Virus record (IMG/VR): IMGVR_UViG_3300020463_002067
Coordinates: 1-57,275 of that record
DNA length: 57,275 nucleotides
Source of the DNA: a virus
Taxonomy: Duplodnaviria > Caudoviricetes
Strand: one strand, 5' to 3'
The translations under genes and the position numbers were made by a program. This document shows positions 28,543 to 38,852 of this stretch, piece after piece (within the stretch, counting starts at the first letter, position 1; each line of letters opens with the position of its first letter). The notes below the pieces were generated by a model that was given only the letters and a program-made list of their open reading frames with translations, was not told the DNA's origin and did no database searches.

Positions 28543-28577
28543 TAAATAGTTATACTATAAAGTAGGAGTATAACTAT
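28543..28577 (+). promoter_or_regulatory. late-promoter core TAAATA overlapping an 11-bp hairpin that sequesters the RBS/start codon
   Basis: TAAATA 28543-28548; arms ATAGTTATACT (28546-28556) and AGTATAACTAT (28567-28577) are exact reverse complements; GGAG at 28565-28568, ATG at 28576. Confidence 0.65.
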
Positions 28578-28923
28578 GGACGAAGCACTCAAGAAAGCGT
28601 TAGATTTTTCTAATTTCACCTCTACTCTTAATGCTCAGAAGGCGATCCTTAAAAATAAATGTAAAGATGACTCTGCATTGTACTTCGGCGGAGGAAAGTT
28701 TACAGTTACTATGACACTTTTTTCTTTTGTGTCTAGTTTAGTCCTTCACAAAATTGAATCAACAATACTAGTTGATGACAACAATACACCTATTCAAGTA
28801 GACAACGTTATAGAATTTTTTGATCTTGTAAAAAACAAATACGGAACAGCAACAAACATTTATCTTAACGACTATAAAAAGTTAGCATCTAAACGAAGTA
28901 TAGAAGGTTTAGTAGATGAGTAA
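28576..28923 (+). CDS. hypothetical protein
   Basis: 115 aa, AGGAG RBS, overlaps the next gene; no family recognised. Confidence 0.7.
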   Translation: MDEALKKALDFSNFTSTLNAQKAILKNKCKDDSALYFGGGKFTVTMTLFSFVSSLVLHKIESTILVDDNNTPIQVDNVIEFFDLVKNKYGTATNIYLNDYKKLASKRSIEGLVDE

Positions 28924-29737
28924 TGGAGTTCTTTGTTTTGCAAATAACAATGGTAAGATAAACTATATTCTGCAAGCACAAGAATTAGCTAAACGTGTAC
29001 GCAAATATTTAGACTTACCTACATCAATTGTTACTTCTACACCTTGCCAAGTAGATGAATCATGTTTTGATAAAGTAATTCATTCTGAACACCCTATGGG
29101 AAATTTTAAAAGGTACTATGATGGTGCAAGTACCCATGTTAATATTCCTTTTAATAATGCAGGACGAATAAGCAGTTATGATATTTCACCTTATGATCAG
29201 ACACTAGTATTAGATACTGATGTTATAATATGTAACAGCGATCTAAAAAATGCTTTTGATAGTATACATGACTTTCAAATTTATAAAGATTGTATAGATT
29301 TAACAACTTGGAGAACACATAAAGAATTTAATTACATTAATGACAAAGGTATTCCTTTTTATTGGGCAACAGTTTTTTGTTTTAGGAAAACAAAGCAAAC
29401 AAAAATATTTTTTGAGTTAATGAAACATATAAAGCAAGAATGGACACATTATAGTAATGTATTTGAATTAGGATCGAGAAATTTTCGTAATGATCATATT
29501 TTTAGTATTGCTATTCATATAATGAATGGATTTTTAGATAGTGATTGGGCAAAGACTTTACCAGGGTCTCTTTACTATACATTAGATAGAGATATATTAC
29601 ACAAGATTAATAAATCTAAACTTGTATTTTTGTTAGAAAAAGAAAATTTACACGATGAGTATATTTTGTCTGCAACTAATAATATGAATGTACATGTAAT
29701 GAATAAGTTTAGTTTAGAGAGATTGTTAAATGTCTAA
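28916..29737 (+). CDS. GT-A fold glycosyltransferase-like protein (GT8-like)
   Basis: SPYDQTLVLDTD (DxD); GVLCFA N-terminal strand; RND..FSIA; paralog of the next gene. Confidence 0.7.
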   Translation: MSNGVLCFANNNGKINYILQAQELAKRVRKYLDLPTSIVTSTPCQVDESCFDKVIHSEHPMGNFKRYYDGASTHVNIPFNNAGRISSYDISPYDQTLVLDTDVIICNSDLKNAFDSIHDFQIYKDCIDLTTWRTHKEFNYINDKGIPFYWATVFCFRKTKQTKIFFELMKHIKQEWTHYSNVFELGSRNFRNDHIFSIAIHIMNGFLDSDWAKTLPGSLYYTLDRDILHKINKSKLVFLLEKENLHDEYILSATNNMNVHVMNKFSLERLLNV

Positions 29738-30530
29738 AGGTTATCTATTAGTAGCAATGGGCGATGATTATATTAAGCAAGCATGCTTATGTGCCCTTAG
29801 TATTAAAAAGACACAAACATTATCTAATGTTTCTATTATGACAAGTGATGTTGTTCCTGATAATTATAAACATTTGTTTGATCAAATAATTGAAATACCT
29901 TGGTGGAGTCCTGATAGAAGTTTTTACGGACCAGAGCATCGCTGGAAAGTTTTCCATATTACTCCTTATGAAGAAACTATTGTGTTAGATACAGATACAA
30001 TATTTTTAAATAATGTAGATTATATTTGGAATAGTTTACAAGGTTATAGTGTTGGCTTTTTAACTGATGTAAAAACATATAGAGGAACTACAGTAATAGA
30101 TAATTTTTATAGGCAAGTATTTGTTAAAAACAACCTGCCAAATATTTACAATGCTTTTCATTATTTTAAAAAAGATGATATTGCATTAGATTACTATAAA
30201 CATTTAGAATTAGTTTGTAAGAATAGCAAAGAATTTTATAATATACATTTGAAAAAATTAAAACCTAAAGTTACAAGTATGGATGTTAATCATGCCATTG
30301 CTATTTTAAATAGTAATTTACAAACATACGAAATAAATTCTTTGAACTTCGTACATATGAAGTCAAAAGTTCAAGGGTGGGAAGAATCAAACGTATCCTG
30401 GGTGCATGATATTCCTTTTTATTTTGATAACGAACACAATCTTAAAATAGGTAACTTCCAACAATCAGGCGTATTCCATTATGTTGACCACAAGTTTTGT
30501 AATGAAGTTATAGGAAAATACCATGCATAG
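29730..30530 (+). CDS. GT-A fold glycosyltransferase-like protein (GT8-like)
   Basis: YIKQACLCALSIK, FDQIIEI, TPYEETIVLDTD (DxD), FVHMK, FHY. Confidence 0.75.
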   Translation: MSKGYLLVAMGDDYIKQACLCALSIKKTQTLSNVSIMTSDVVPDNYKHLFDQIIEIPWWSPDRSFYGPEHRWKVFHITPYEETIVLDTDTIFLNNVDYIWNSLQGYSVGFLTDVKTYRGTTVIDNFYRQVFVKNNLPNIYNAFHYFKKDDIALDYYKHLELVCKNSKEFYNIHLKKLKPKVTSMDVNHAIAILNSNLQTYEINSLNFVHMKSKVQGWEESNVSWVHDIPFYFDNEHNLKIGNFQQSGVFHYVDHKFCNEVIGKYHA

Positions 30531-31050
30531 TATAAAAGTTGAAACAAAACAGTATGTGTGCTTTGATTCTAAAACAGGAGAAATTTTTTCTATAGGGCCA
30601 AGCCAAGAATCGGAATACGAACATATAGAAGTTACTGAAGAAGAAATAGAGCCTATACAAACATACAAAGAAAGAATGGAAGATTACAAAGTTATTTTCA
30701 ATTCTGTTTCTAAAAAGTTTGAATTAAGAAAGCTGGCAAATTTAGAAATAGAAAGTAATTTTGCACTACAACAAATCCAAGAAAAAACTAAAGATCCCTA
30801 CTATGACATAGTATTTACGGTTGATAAACAAAAAGATTTATGTTATATAAGTACAATCGATAGTCTTTCTAACGTAAAGTTTGATACGAACATTATGTTT
30901 AGTATCACTAAAAAAGATGATCCGCACTTTCTAATCAAATCCGTAGATTACAAAGTTGGAGAAGAAATAGAATTTAGTATGAAGGCAGATAGCTCATACA
31001 GTATATACACAAATAGTAATTCACTAAGATGTGTATACGAGGAGATATAA
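30523..31050 (+). CDS. hypothetical protein
   Basis: 175 aa, AGGA RBS, overlaps both neighbours; N-terminal FDSKTGEIFSI. Confidence 0.7.
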   Translation: MHSIKVETKQYVCFDSKTGEIFSIGPSQESEYEHIEVTEEEIEPIQTYKERMEDYKVIFNSVSKKFELRKLANLEIESNFALQQIQEKTKDPYYDIVFTVDKQKDLCYISTIDSLSNVKFDTNIMFSITKKDDPHFLIKSVDYKVGEEIEFSMKADSSYSIYTNSNSLRCVYEEI

Positions 31051-31958
31051 TGAAGTTAAAAATTGCAGAACTTGATATAATTTATTTAAGTTATGACGAA
31101 CCAAATGCTGATAAAAATTATGCAGATCTATTAACAAAAGTACCTTGGGCAAAACGTGTACACGGAATAAAAGGTTCGGATGCCGCACACAAGGCGTGTG
31201 CTGAATTAAGTGAAACTGATAGATTTATTACAGTAGATGGTGACAATACTATACGTCAAGATTTTATTAACCAAGTATTAGACTTTGACGAATCCAAAGA
31301 TCTTAAAAATTGTGTTATTAGTTGGTGCGGAAAAAATACTATTAATGGACTAGTATACGGTAACGGCGGACTTAAATGTTGGCCGAAAGAATATGTTTTA
31401 CGTATGAAAACGCATGAAAACGCAGAAGATAATAATGTCCATGCAAAGATTGATTTTTGTTGGGACGCACAGTATATACAACAGAATAGTTGTTATTCAG
31501 ATGTACATAATAATGAAACTCCGCAACAAGCCTGGCGAGCAGGCTTTAGAGAAGGTGTAAAACTAGCTACTGACCGAGGAGCTAAAATTGCTAAAGAAGA
31601 ATTTATCAAAGGACATGCGAAAAATTTAAACATGTTGTATATCTGGATGATGGTTGGTTCAGATATTACAAACGGAAATTGGGCAATATTAGGTGCTAGA
31701 GAAGGACTGGCCATGACTATGTTAACTGATTGGGATTATGTAAACGTAAGAGATTTTGAACATTTAAATGAAATGTGGGCTGGTAGAGATGAAATGCCTG
31801 CCGATGTATTGCACGATGAAATTTTTAATTATGGAAGCGACTTAGTTAACCAATTAGAGATACCTATTGCAGTACAGCCTCTTAACGAAGAACAAAGTGA
31901 GTTTTTTAAAACAGTAAACAATAACTATGGTAGGAATAATGCGTCCTCAAACAGTTGA
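31050..31958 (+). CDS. GT-A-like (nucleotide-diphospho-sugar transferase) protein
   Basis: DIIYLSYDEPNA, AHKACA, FITVDGD (DxD), YGNGGLK, WRAGFREGVKL. Start moved from 31029 to 31050 because of the GAGGAG RBS and TAATG coupling. Confidence 0.65.
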   Translation: MKLKIAELDIIYLSYDEPNADKNYADLLTKVPWAKRVHGIKGSDAAHKACAELSETDRFITVDGDNTIRQDFINQVLDFDESKDLKNCVISWCGKNTINGLVYGNGGLKCWPKEYVLRMKTHENAEDNNVHAKIDFCWDAQYIQQNSCYSDVHNNETPQQAWRAGFREGVKLATDRGAKIAKEEFIKGHAKNLNMLYIWMMVGSDITNGNWAILGAREGLAMTMLTDWDYVNVRDFEHLNEMWAGRDEMPADVLHDEIFNYGSDLVNQLEIPIAVQPLNEEQSEFFKTVNNNYGRNNASSNS

Positions 31959-33297
31959 AGTTAAGAAAAAACTAGATGCTGTTGGTTGTGGCTTTTGTCT
32001 TGCTAAGTGGACTCAAGTTACAATACACTTAGGGTCGGGACTTACACAAAGTTGTCATCATGTAAAAGCACATCCTATAGATATAAATGATCTTGCAACA
32101 AATCCAAGTGTATTGCATAATACAGGATTCAAAAAAAATATAAGAAAAGAGATGCTTGAAAATAAACGTCCAAACGAGTGTAGTTACTGTTGGCGTATTG
32201 AAGATAATACTGGTATGACTAGTGATAGAGTTTTTAAAAGTTCTGATTCGTTCAGTTGGCCGCACTATGATACTATTAAAAATCTTACAGGATCAGAAGA
32301 CTTTTATCCTACATATGTTGAAGTAAGTTTTAGTAATGTATGTAATTTTAAATGCGGATATTGTGGTCCTCAGTTTAGTAGTAAATGGGGAGATGAGATT
32401 AATAAGCATGGTGCATATCAGTTTAAATCAACAAATTGGTCATATAATAAAATTGATGAATATCAAAAACAGATTCCGGAAAGAGAAACCAATCCTTATA
32501 TAGAAGCATTTTGGAAATGGTTTCCGGACGCAGTACAACACATGCATACGTTTAGGATTACAGGTGGCGAACCATTAATGTCTAAACATACAAACAAAGT
32601 TATTGATCACTTGTTAAATAATCCACAACCTAACTTAGAATTTTCGATAAATTCAAATGCTTGTCCTCCAGGAGACCTATGGAAACAGTTTGTAGATAAG
32701 GTTAAAGTCTTAGAAGATAATAAGTGTATTAAGAAATTTGTGTTATTTGTTAGTGCAGAAGGTGTTGGAGCTCAACAAGAATATAACAGATTTGGTATGG
32801 ATTGGAATATGTTTACAAGTAATGTAGAATATTACTTAGATAATACAAAAGGTGTTTGTAGTTTTATGAGTGCGTTTAATGTTTTAAGTATTCCTAGCTT
32901 TTATAATTTTTTACAATATGTAGCAGGTTTAAAACAAAAATATTTTACAAAAGAATATCAAAGGACTTTGGTAGATATACCTTATGTAAAAAGTCCTGCA
33001 TTCTTAGATGCTAAAATAGCAACACATGATTTAGTTAAACATTATTTGTATCCTTGTGTTTCTTTTATGAAAGAAAACGAGTTCGATGACAGAGAAATAG
33101 AAAAAATGGAAAGAATTATTGCTGATTTAGATGTAAGGAAAGACAAACCAGAACAGTTTGGAATAGAAGGCACTGAAGGTCGGCGTATGTTTTATGAATG
33201 GGTACAAGAATACGACAAAAGACGAGGCACTGACTTTGTAAAGACTTTTCCACAAATGAATAAATTTTTAGAGGACTGTAAAGCATGTATGATATAG
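31939..33297 (+). CDS. radical SAM protein with N-terminal Twitch/SPASM-like Cys cluster
   Basis: CNFKCGYC and ITGGEP; N-terminal CLAKW...SCHH...CSYC. ATG 31939 follows AGGA (track start is 31927). Confidence 0.9.
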   Translation: MRPQTVEVKKKLDAVGCGFCLAKWTQVTIHLGSGLTQSCHHVKAHPIDINDLATNPSVLHNTGFKKNIRKEMLENKRPNECSYCWRIEDNTGMTSDRVFKSSDSFSWPHYDTIKNLTGSEDFYPTYVEVSFSNVCNFKCGYCGPQFSSKWGDEINKHGAYQFKSTNWSYNKIDEYQKQIPERETNPYIEAFWKWFPDAVQHMHTFRITGGEPLMSKHTNKVIDHLLNNPQPNLEFSINSNACPPGDLWKQFVDKVKVLEDNKCIKKFVLFVSAEGVGAQQEYNRFGMDWNMFTSNVEYYLDNTKGVCSFMSAFNVLSIPSFYNFLQYVAGLKQKYFTKEYQRTLVDIPYVKSPAFLDAKIATHDLVKHYLYPCVSFMKENEFDDREIEKMERIIADLDVRKDKPEQFGIEGTEGRRMFYEWVQEYDKRRGTDFVKTFPQMNKFLEDCKACMI

Positions 33298-33968
33298 TCT
33301 TTATAAGCTACAACGAACCAAATGCCCGTCAAAATTTTGACGATTTGTACAGTAGATTTAATACTATTGGTGTATTTGGTGATAGAGTAAAGCATGTTTC
33401 TAATGTAAAAGGCATACATAATGCACACATTGAAGCGGCTAAACTAGTAAACACAGATTACTTTTTTGTAGTAGATGGAGATGCACAAATTTTAGACAGT
33501 TTTGTTTTTGATTATACTGTTTCTAATCTTGTTGATGATGTTGTGCATGTTTATCATAGTAAGAATCCTATTAACGATTTAACATATGGTTATGGTGGTG
33601 TAAAATTATTACCAACTAAACTTACACAGAACATGGATATAACAACTACTGACATGACTACAAGTATTAGTAATAAATTTAAAGTAATAAATGAAGTAAG
33701 TAACATTACGGCATTTGATACAGACGAATTTAGCACATGGAAAAGTGCATTTAGAGAATGTGCAAAATTAAGCAGTAAAGTAATTGATAGACAAGATGAA
33801 GGAGAAACAAATGAAAGACTCAAAATATGGACTACTAAGGCTAATGGAAGATTTTGTGAGTATGCGATTCGAGGTGCTAGGGCTGGTATGGAGTTTGGCC
33901 TTTCTAGCGGGACTGACCTTCGGCTAATAAATGACTTTGATTGGTTAAAGGAAAAATTCAATGCTTAA
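33285..33968 (+). CDS. GT-A-like protein, paralog of 31050..31958
   Basis: DIVFISYNEPNA, GIHNAHIEAA, FFVVDGD, YGYGGVK, WKSAFRECAKL; GAGGA RBS. Confidence 0.65.
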   Translation: MYDIVFISYNEPNARQNFDDLYSRFNTIGVFGDRVKHVSNVKGIHNAHIEAAKLVNTDYFFVVDGDAQILDSFVFDYTVSNLVDDVVHVYHSKNPINDLTYGYGGVKLLPTKLTQNMDITTTDMTTSISNKFKVINEVSNITAFDTDEFSTWKSAFRECAKLSSKVIDRQDEGETNERLKIWTTKANGRFCEYAIRGARAGMEFGLSSGTDLRLINDFDWLKEKFNA

Positions 33969-34812
33969 TATTGTTGTTACAAGTAAACCTGTAGATGGAC
34001 TTTTTTATTATAGTTATGAATACTGTTCTCTTTTAAATAGTCTAGGAATAAAAGCAAGAGTAATTGTAATTACACATAGGAACTTTACTCAACAAGATTA
34101 CCTAGATGTTTTAAAGTACAAATACATACATCAACATAATGTTTTGTTTAACTCATTAGACGGTTGGACAGGTGATGCTACATTAGTTATGGGCAGAAGT
34201 ATGATAACATTAAGCTATCAAGATTTTGATAGTTATACAATGCAACAGCAAATGATCTTACGTACTTTGTTTGCAGGTAACGTAATTAGTGTATACTCAG
34301 AAAATCATCCTGCGAAATATCCACTAGCAGTTGAATTTTACCAACCTGAGAAAATTGTGGACTTATGTGATACAGAAGTATATCCTAATGGTGTAGGAAT
34401 ACATTTTGAGAAAACAATTAATTTTGACATATACAAAAAACACAAAGACAATATACAATTCAAGCATTTATTTTTAGGCACTAATGACAAGTATTATGCA
34501 ACAATAGAAAAAGTAATTGATCAATATCCAGATCATGGTATTTTAACATATGATGCTGATTACATAAATCCTAAAAATAATAACATATTTGTTCCTGTAA
34601 AAAATCTAATGAGTTTGTTTGAAACGTATGTATATACAAAAGATACATTCGATCCAGCACCAAGGATTTTTCAAGAGTGTAAATACTTTGATAAAGAAGT
34701 AATTTATGCAAGGGACAAAAATATGAATGATGGTGGAAATGTTTATTGGGATAGACAACCAAGCACACCAGATATAAAGCCTATTGAACAAGCACTAGGA
34801 GAGTTTAAATGA
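33961..34812 (+). CDS. hypothetical protein (possible divergent glycosyltransferase)
   Basis: 283 aa, coupled ORF; C-terminal YVYT..FDPAPRIFQEC is loosely reminiscent of a GT-B nucleotide-binding segment. Confidence 0.5.
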   Translation: MLNIVVTSKPVDGLFYYSYEYCSLLNSLGIKARVIVITHRNFTQQDYLDVLKYKYIHQHNVLFNSLDGWTGDATLVMGRSMITLSYQDFDSYTMQQQMILRTLFAGNVISVYSENHPAKYPLAVEFYQPEKIVDLCDTEVYPNGVGIHFEKTINFDIYKKHKDNIQFKHLFLGTNDKYYATIEKVIDQYPDHGILTYDADYINPKNNNIFVPVKNLMSLFETYVYTKDTFDPAPRIFQECKYFDKEVIYARDKNMNDGGNVYWDRQPSTPDIKPIEQALGEFK

Positions 34813-35882
34813 TATCATACGATGGATGGGATAGAGAATACCAAGAAAATAGATCAGCATACCTTGACATATTTGAAAGTTTTATGAAACAAACTAATTA
34901 TGAAAATAATGAAAAGTTTGAAGAAAATTTTGCAATGCGTGTTGGAAGAGAATATTGTGTAAGTGTAGCAAGTGCAACAGATGCCCTACATTTTATTTTA
35001 TTAGCTCATAATATTAATGCAGATGATGAAGTATTAGTTACTGACTTTAGTTGGATAAGCAGTTCAGCAGTAGTTAGTATGGTAGGTGCTACTCCTGTAT
35101 TTTGCGATATCGATTTAGATAGTTATCATATGAGCTTAGAAAGTATCAAGCGTATGTATTCTAATAAAGTAAAAGCAATTATATATCCGCATTTGTTTGG
35201 CAACATGACCGACACAACAGAGATACAGCAGTTTTGTAAAGATAGAGGTATATTGTTTATTGAAGATGCCGCACAGAGTTTAGGTAGTAGTTTAAATGGA
35301 ATAAAAGCAGGCACTATAGGAGACTGTAGTGTGTACAGTTTTAACAGCAACAAAGTTATTGCAGGTATAAACGGCGGCGGCGTTGTGCTTACTGATGACG
35401 ACAAAGTTGCTAAACGTATTAAAATGATTAGACGTCATGGTAAAGATAAAGATTTTAGTATGGTTGGATACAACAGTAGAATGTATGTACTAAATGCAGA
35501 AATTATTAATCAACGTCTTAAATTTGCAGAACGTAATCAGTTTCATAGGCAAAAAATTGCTAGAAGGTATAACGAAGCATTTGCTGGTTTGCCTATTGCA
35601 GTACAACAAATGTCTAATGGTTTGAATCATAACTATCACAAATATGTTGTACGCTTTTTAGATAAGGATACAAGGAAGCGTGTAAAGAATGCTTTAAATG
35701 CTAGTATACATTACGAAACACCTTTGAGTGCAAATAGTATGTATGAATCATTAAACAGCAGACGTGACGCTTGTACGCAGTCTAAGACGGCATCAGACAC
35801 TGTTTTGTCTTTACCTATACATGCATATCTTAAAGAAGAAGAAATTGAAGAAATTATAAAAATAGTTAAAGAAAGTTTTTAA
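34809..35882 (+). CDS. DegT/DnrJ/EryC1/StrS family PLP-dependent sugar aminotransferase
   Basis: SATDALH, GATPVFCDID, IEDAAQSLG, YSFNSNKVI (PLP lysine), GGVVLTDD, GYNSRM, LSLPIH. Confidence 0.93.
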   Translation: MISYDGWDREYQENRSAYLDIFESFMKQTNYENNEKFEENFAMRVGREYCVSVASATDALHFILLAHNINADDEVLVTDFSWISSSAVVSMVGATPVFCDIDLDSYHMSLESIKRMYSNKVKAIIYPHLFGNMTDTTEIQQFCKDRGILFIEDAAQSLGSSLNGIKAGTIGDCSVYSFNSNKVIAGINGGGVVLTDDDKVAKRIKMIRRHGKDKDFSMVGYNSRMYVLNAEIINQRLKFAERNQFHRQKIARRYNEAFAGLPIAVQQMSNGLNHNYHKYVVRFLDKDTRKRVKNALNASIHYETPLSANSMYESLNSRRDACTQSKTASDTVLSLPIHAYLKEEEIEEIIKIVKESF

Positions 35883-36529
35883 TGGCCTGGCTGACTAATA
35901 GAAAACATGTAGATGCCTATGACAATAGTGTTGACATTGAAAAAGATGTTATTAAGTCATTTAAAGAGGCTTGGAGAGTAACTCCCTCTAAACAAAACTT
36001 TATGCCCTATAAAATACATGTAATAGGTCCAGATGCTCAAGAATGGAAAAATAAACTATACGCTCACTGTCTTAGAAACGAAGGAACTGTTGATAATTTG
36101 TCAGATGAACAATTGGTTAGTAGATATGAGCATCGTCCTCCTAGTTACCATAGTATTACTAATTGCTCTTTTGCTTTAATTATTACACAACGGTTAGTTA
36201 CAAAACCTAATGTGCGACAACAGAAAAGATTAGAAAAAGGTCATGTAGCAGAACAAATGGATGTCAAACAACAGCATGCACTTAACTCTATAGTAAGTTT
36301 TGAAGTTGGGTTATTTTGTAACGCTTTACAGTATTATCTTTTACAAAAAAATATTGATTCCTGTTATACAGGATGTTTTCAAAATGATTTAAACACATGG
36401 AGAACATTACCTTTTGTTAATGAAACTCCTATAATGATAATGACTATCGGTAAAGGTATAAGATTTGCTGAGAGAGATCCTGAGAATGACCGACCAGACC
36501 TCGATGAAATCGTCAATATCGTAAAGTAA
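35882..36529 (+). CDS. nitroreductase-superfamily flavoprotein
   Basis: RKHVDAYD...AWRVTPSKQNFMPY (cf. R.S.R.F and APS..N.QPW), IDSCYTGCF, IMTIGK. Confidence 0.7.
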   Translation: MAWLTNRKHVDAYDNSVDIEKDVIKSFKEAWRVTPSKQNFMPYKIHVIGPDAQEWKNKLYAHCLRNEGTVDNLSDEQLVSRYEHRPPSYHSITNCSFALIITQRLVTKPNVRQQKRLEKGHVAEQMDVKQQHALNSIVSFEVGLFCNALQYYLLQKNIDSCYTGCFQNDLNTWRTLPFVNETPIMIMTIGKGIRFAERDPENDRPDLDEIVNIVK

Positions 36530-36532
36530 ATA
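36527..36532 (+). promoter_or_regulatory. T4-late-like promoter core TAAATA
   Basis: AGTAAATA overlapping the upstream stop, 5 nt before the ATG at 36538; no SD. Confidence 0.45.
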
Positions 36533-36537
36533 CTAGT

Positions 36538-37377
36538 ATGAAAAAGATCAATACTCTAGCTGACTTAAAAAATTCAGATTACCTTACTGTAGACTTTTAC
36601 TTGTCAAAGTCTTGCAATAAGTCTTGTCATTATTGTACTGCCTGGACATTAGAAATGCGTTACTTAACTGTAGATATGGACTTTCTTCGTAGAACATGTG
36701 AATACCTTAGTCCCTACAAAACAAGGATTTGTTTATTAGGCGGAGAACCTGGACTGATAAAAAACTTAGACGAAGTTATTGCAGAAATTAAAAAGTACGA
36801 AAATTTACAAATACAAGTTCTGTCTAATTCTCTTGTTAGAAAGTTTTATCCACACATACTAGAAGATCCTGAAATTATATACATAGAGCATTTGATATTA
36901 GATTTTTATGATGATAGGATTGAAAAACTAGGAGACTATGATTGGTTTGAACCTAATGAATTAAACAATTATAATCTTATTATTGAAACTCCAGGATATT
37001 TTGCATATAGAGATAAGCATGATTTAAGTATTATAGATCATAAGAATACTGAATTTAAAGAATACAATTCAAGATCTCCTGACTTTTTCGGCGATCATGA
37101 AATGCAACAAGCACCAGAATTAGATAGAAGAGTGTGTGCAAAGTTTCCTTTGGTTCCTGTAATCGACTTTGAAATACAAAAGATAAGGCACTGTAGTAGA
37201 AAAGTTATCAATGGATCACGTGCATTTGATGTAACAAAAGAAAATATTAATGATATGATGACTTTTAATTTATTTAAGTTTGAAAGTTATTGTAAGATAT
37301 GCATGGACATTATTCCACCAAGACCTACAAAGCGTAGGTTAGAAATTTTAGAAAAGATAGCGTTAGAAGAAGCATGA
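36538..37377 (+). CDS. radical SAM protein
   Basis: CNKSCHYC, LGGEP, C-terminal C...HC...CKIC auxiliary cysteines. Confidence 0.88.
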   Translation: MKKINTLADLKNSDYLTVDFYLSKSCNKSCHYCTAWTLEMRYLTVDMDFLRRTCEYLSPYKTRICLLGGEPGLIKNLDEVIAEIKKYENLQIQVLSNSLVRKFYPHILEDPEIIYIEHLILDFYDDRIEKLGDYDWFEPNELNNYNLIIETPGYFAYRDKHDLSIIDHKNTEFKEYNSRSPDFFGDHEMQQAPELDRRVCAKFPLVPVIDFEIQKIRHCSRKVINGSRAFDVTKENINDMMTFNLFKFESYCKICMDIIPPRPTKRRLEILEKIALEEA

Positions 37378-38852
37378 ACATTTATTCAGTAGCACTAAAC
37401 ATACACGATCATAATTGGTATGACGGAGAGTTTCATAATCAAATTGAACGGCATAACAGACGTAAGCACAATTTAAATTACGATTGGCCACACGATCCTA
37501 GTCCAAGCAAAGAATTTTTTATAGAGCATGTATTACCTAAATACAAAGCAAGAGATGAAGACAATCAATTTGCATTTACTATTTCTAATTTAGGATACCA
37601 ATTTGTTGAAGAACTTATCCAAGAACATTTTGATGATAAAAATTTTATAAATTTTAAACCTAGAAATATTTGGGAACCGTATCACAAAGATAATATGTAT
37701 TATATCGATCACCATCAGTCACATGGTACATATGCATTATTAAGCAGTGGATTTTCAGAGTCAGACATATTAGCTATTGATGGCAGAGGATGGAAATTTA
37801 ATTGTATATTTGTTAATTCGCAAGGTACAATTATAGATCTTAGTAACAAAATTCCAATTGGCGGTCTTTGGAATAGGCTAGCACAGGATATTGGCTTTAA
37901 ATATTTGGATGCTGGTAAGGTTATGGGTCTAGCGGGATATGGAAAATATAACTATCAAGCACATGCTATGATTGACGCATACCTACTAGATCCTAATCAT
38001 ACTTTACCAAAGTTTGCACCTGCTGTTATTAGCAAAGTATCTAAAGAAGATATTGCGTTTACATTACAACAAGTAACCATAGAACTTGTCAAAAAATATG
38101 TATATCCATTAAAGTCAAGCGAAAATTTATGTGTAGCAGGCGGAGTAGCATATAACGGATATATGAATGAAGAATTAACTAAACAATATACTAACGTACA
38201 TATTCCTCCTGCTGTTGGTGATGAAGGACAAGCATTAGGTACATATATGCATGCCAAATATTTTATAGAAGGCGAAATACATATTCCTAGTGTATATGCA
38301 GGTAGAGATTATGACTACAAAGGCACAGACAAATTAGATATCAAAAAAGTAGCACAGGCTATTGCTGATGGAGAAATAGTAGGATGGTTTCAAGGCAAAT
38401 CAGAAAGTGGCAACAGAGCATTAGGTAATAGAAGCATACTTGCTGATCCAAGAAATCCTAATATTAAAGATATCATTAATAGTAAGATAAAAATGCGTGA
38501 AGACTTTAGACCTTTTGCTCCTAGTGTTTTAATTGAACACTACCAAGAGTATTTTGATACTAATCAACCAAGTCCGTACATGTCAAGGATTATGCCAGTA
38601 AAAAAAGATACTATACCTGGTGTTACACACGTTGACGGTACAGCTAGAATTCAAACTGTAGATAGATCTGATAATGAACGTTACTATGATCTAATTAATG
38701 AATTTTATAAAATTACAGGAATACCTATGTTGTTGAATACAAGTTTTAATTGCCAAGAGCCTATAGTGGAAACTCCAGAAGATGCAATCAAAACATTTAA
38801 CAAAACTAAATTAGATATGTTGGTAATAAATGATTGGAGCATAACAAGATGA
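37374..38852 (+). CDS. carbamoyltransferase, NodU/CmcH family
   Basis: DHHQSH, IDGRG, GKVMGLAGYG, AGGVAYN, GDEGQALG, RALGNRSILADP, RPFAP, HVDGTARIQTV, LNTSFN..EPIVETP. Confidence 0.95.
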   Translation: MNIYSVALNIHDHNWYDGEFHNQIERHNRRKHNLNYDWPHDPSPSKEFFIEHVLPKYKARDEDNQFAFTISNLGYQFVEELIQEHFDDKNFINFKPRNIWEPYHKDNMYYIDHHQSHGTYALLSSGFSESDILAIDGRGWKFNCIFVNSQGTIIDLSNKIPIGGLWNRLAQDIGFKYLDAGKVMGLAGYGKYNYQAHAMIDAYLLDPNHTLPKFAPAVISKVSKEDIAFTLQQVTIELVKKYVYPLKSSENLCVAGGVAYNGYMNEELTKQYTNVHIPPAVGDEGQALGTYMHAKYFIEGEIHIPSVYAGRDYDYKGTDKLDIKKVAQAIADGEIVGWFQGKSESGNRALGNRSILADPRNPNIKDIINSKIKMREDFRPFAPSVLIEHYQEYFDTNQPSPYMSRIMPVKKDTIPGVTHVDGTARIQTVDRSDNERYYDLINEFYKITGIPMLLNTSFNCQEPIVETPEDAIKTFNKTKLDMLVINDWSITR

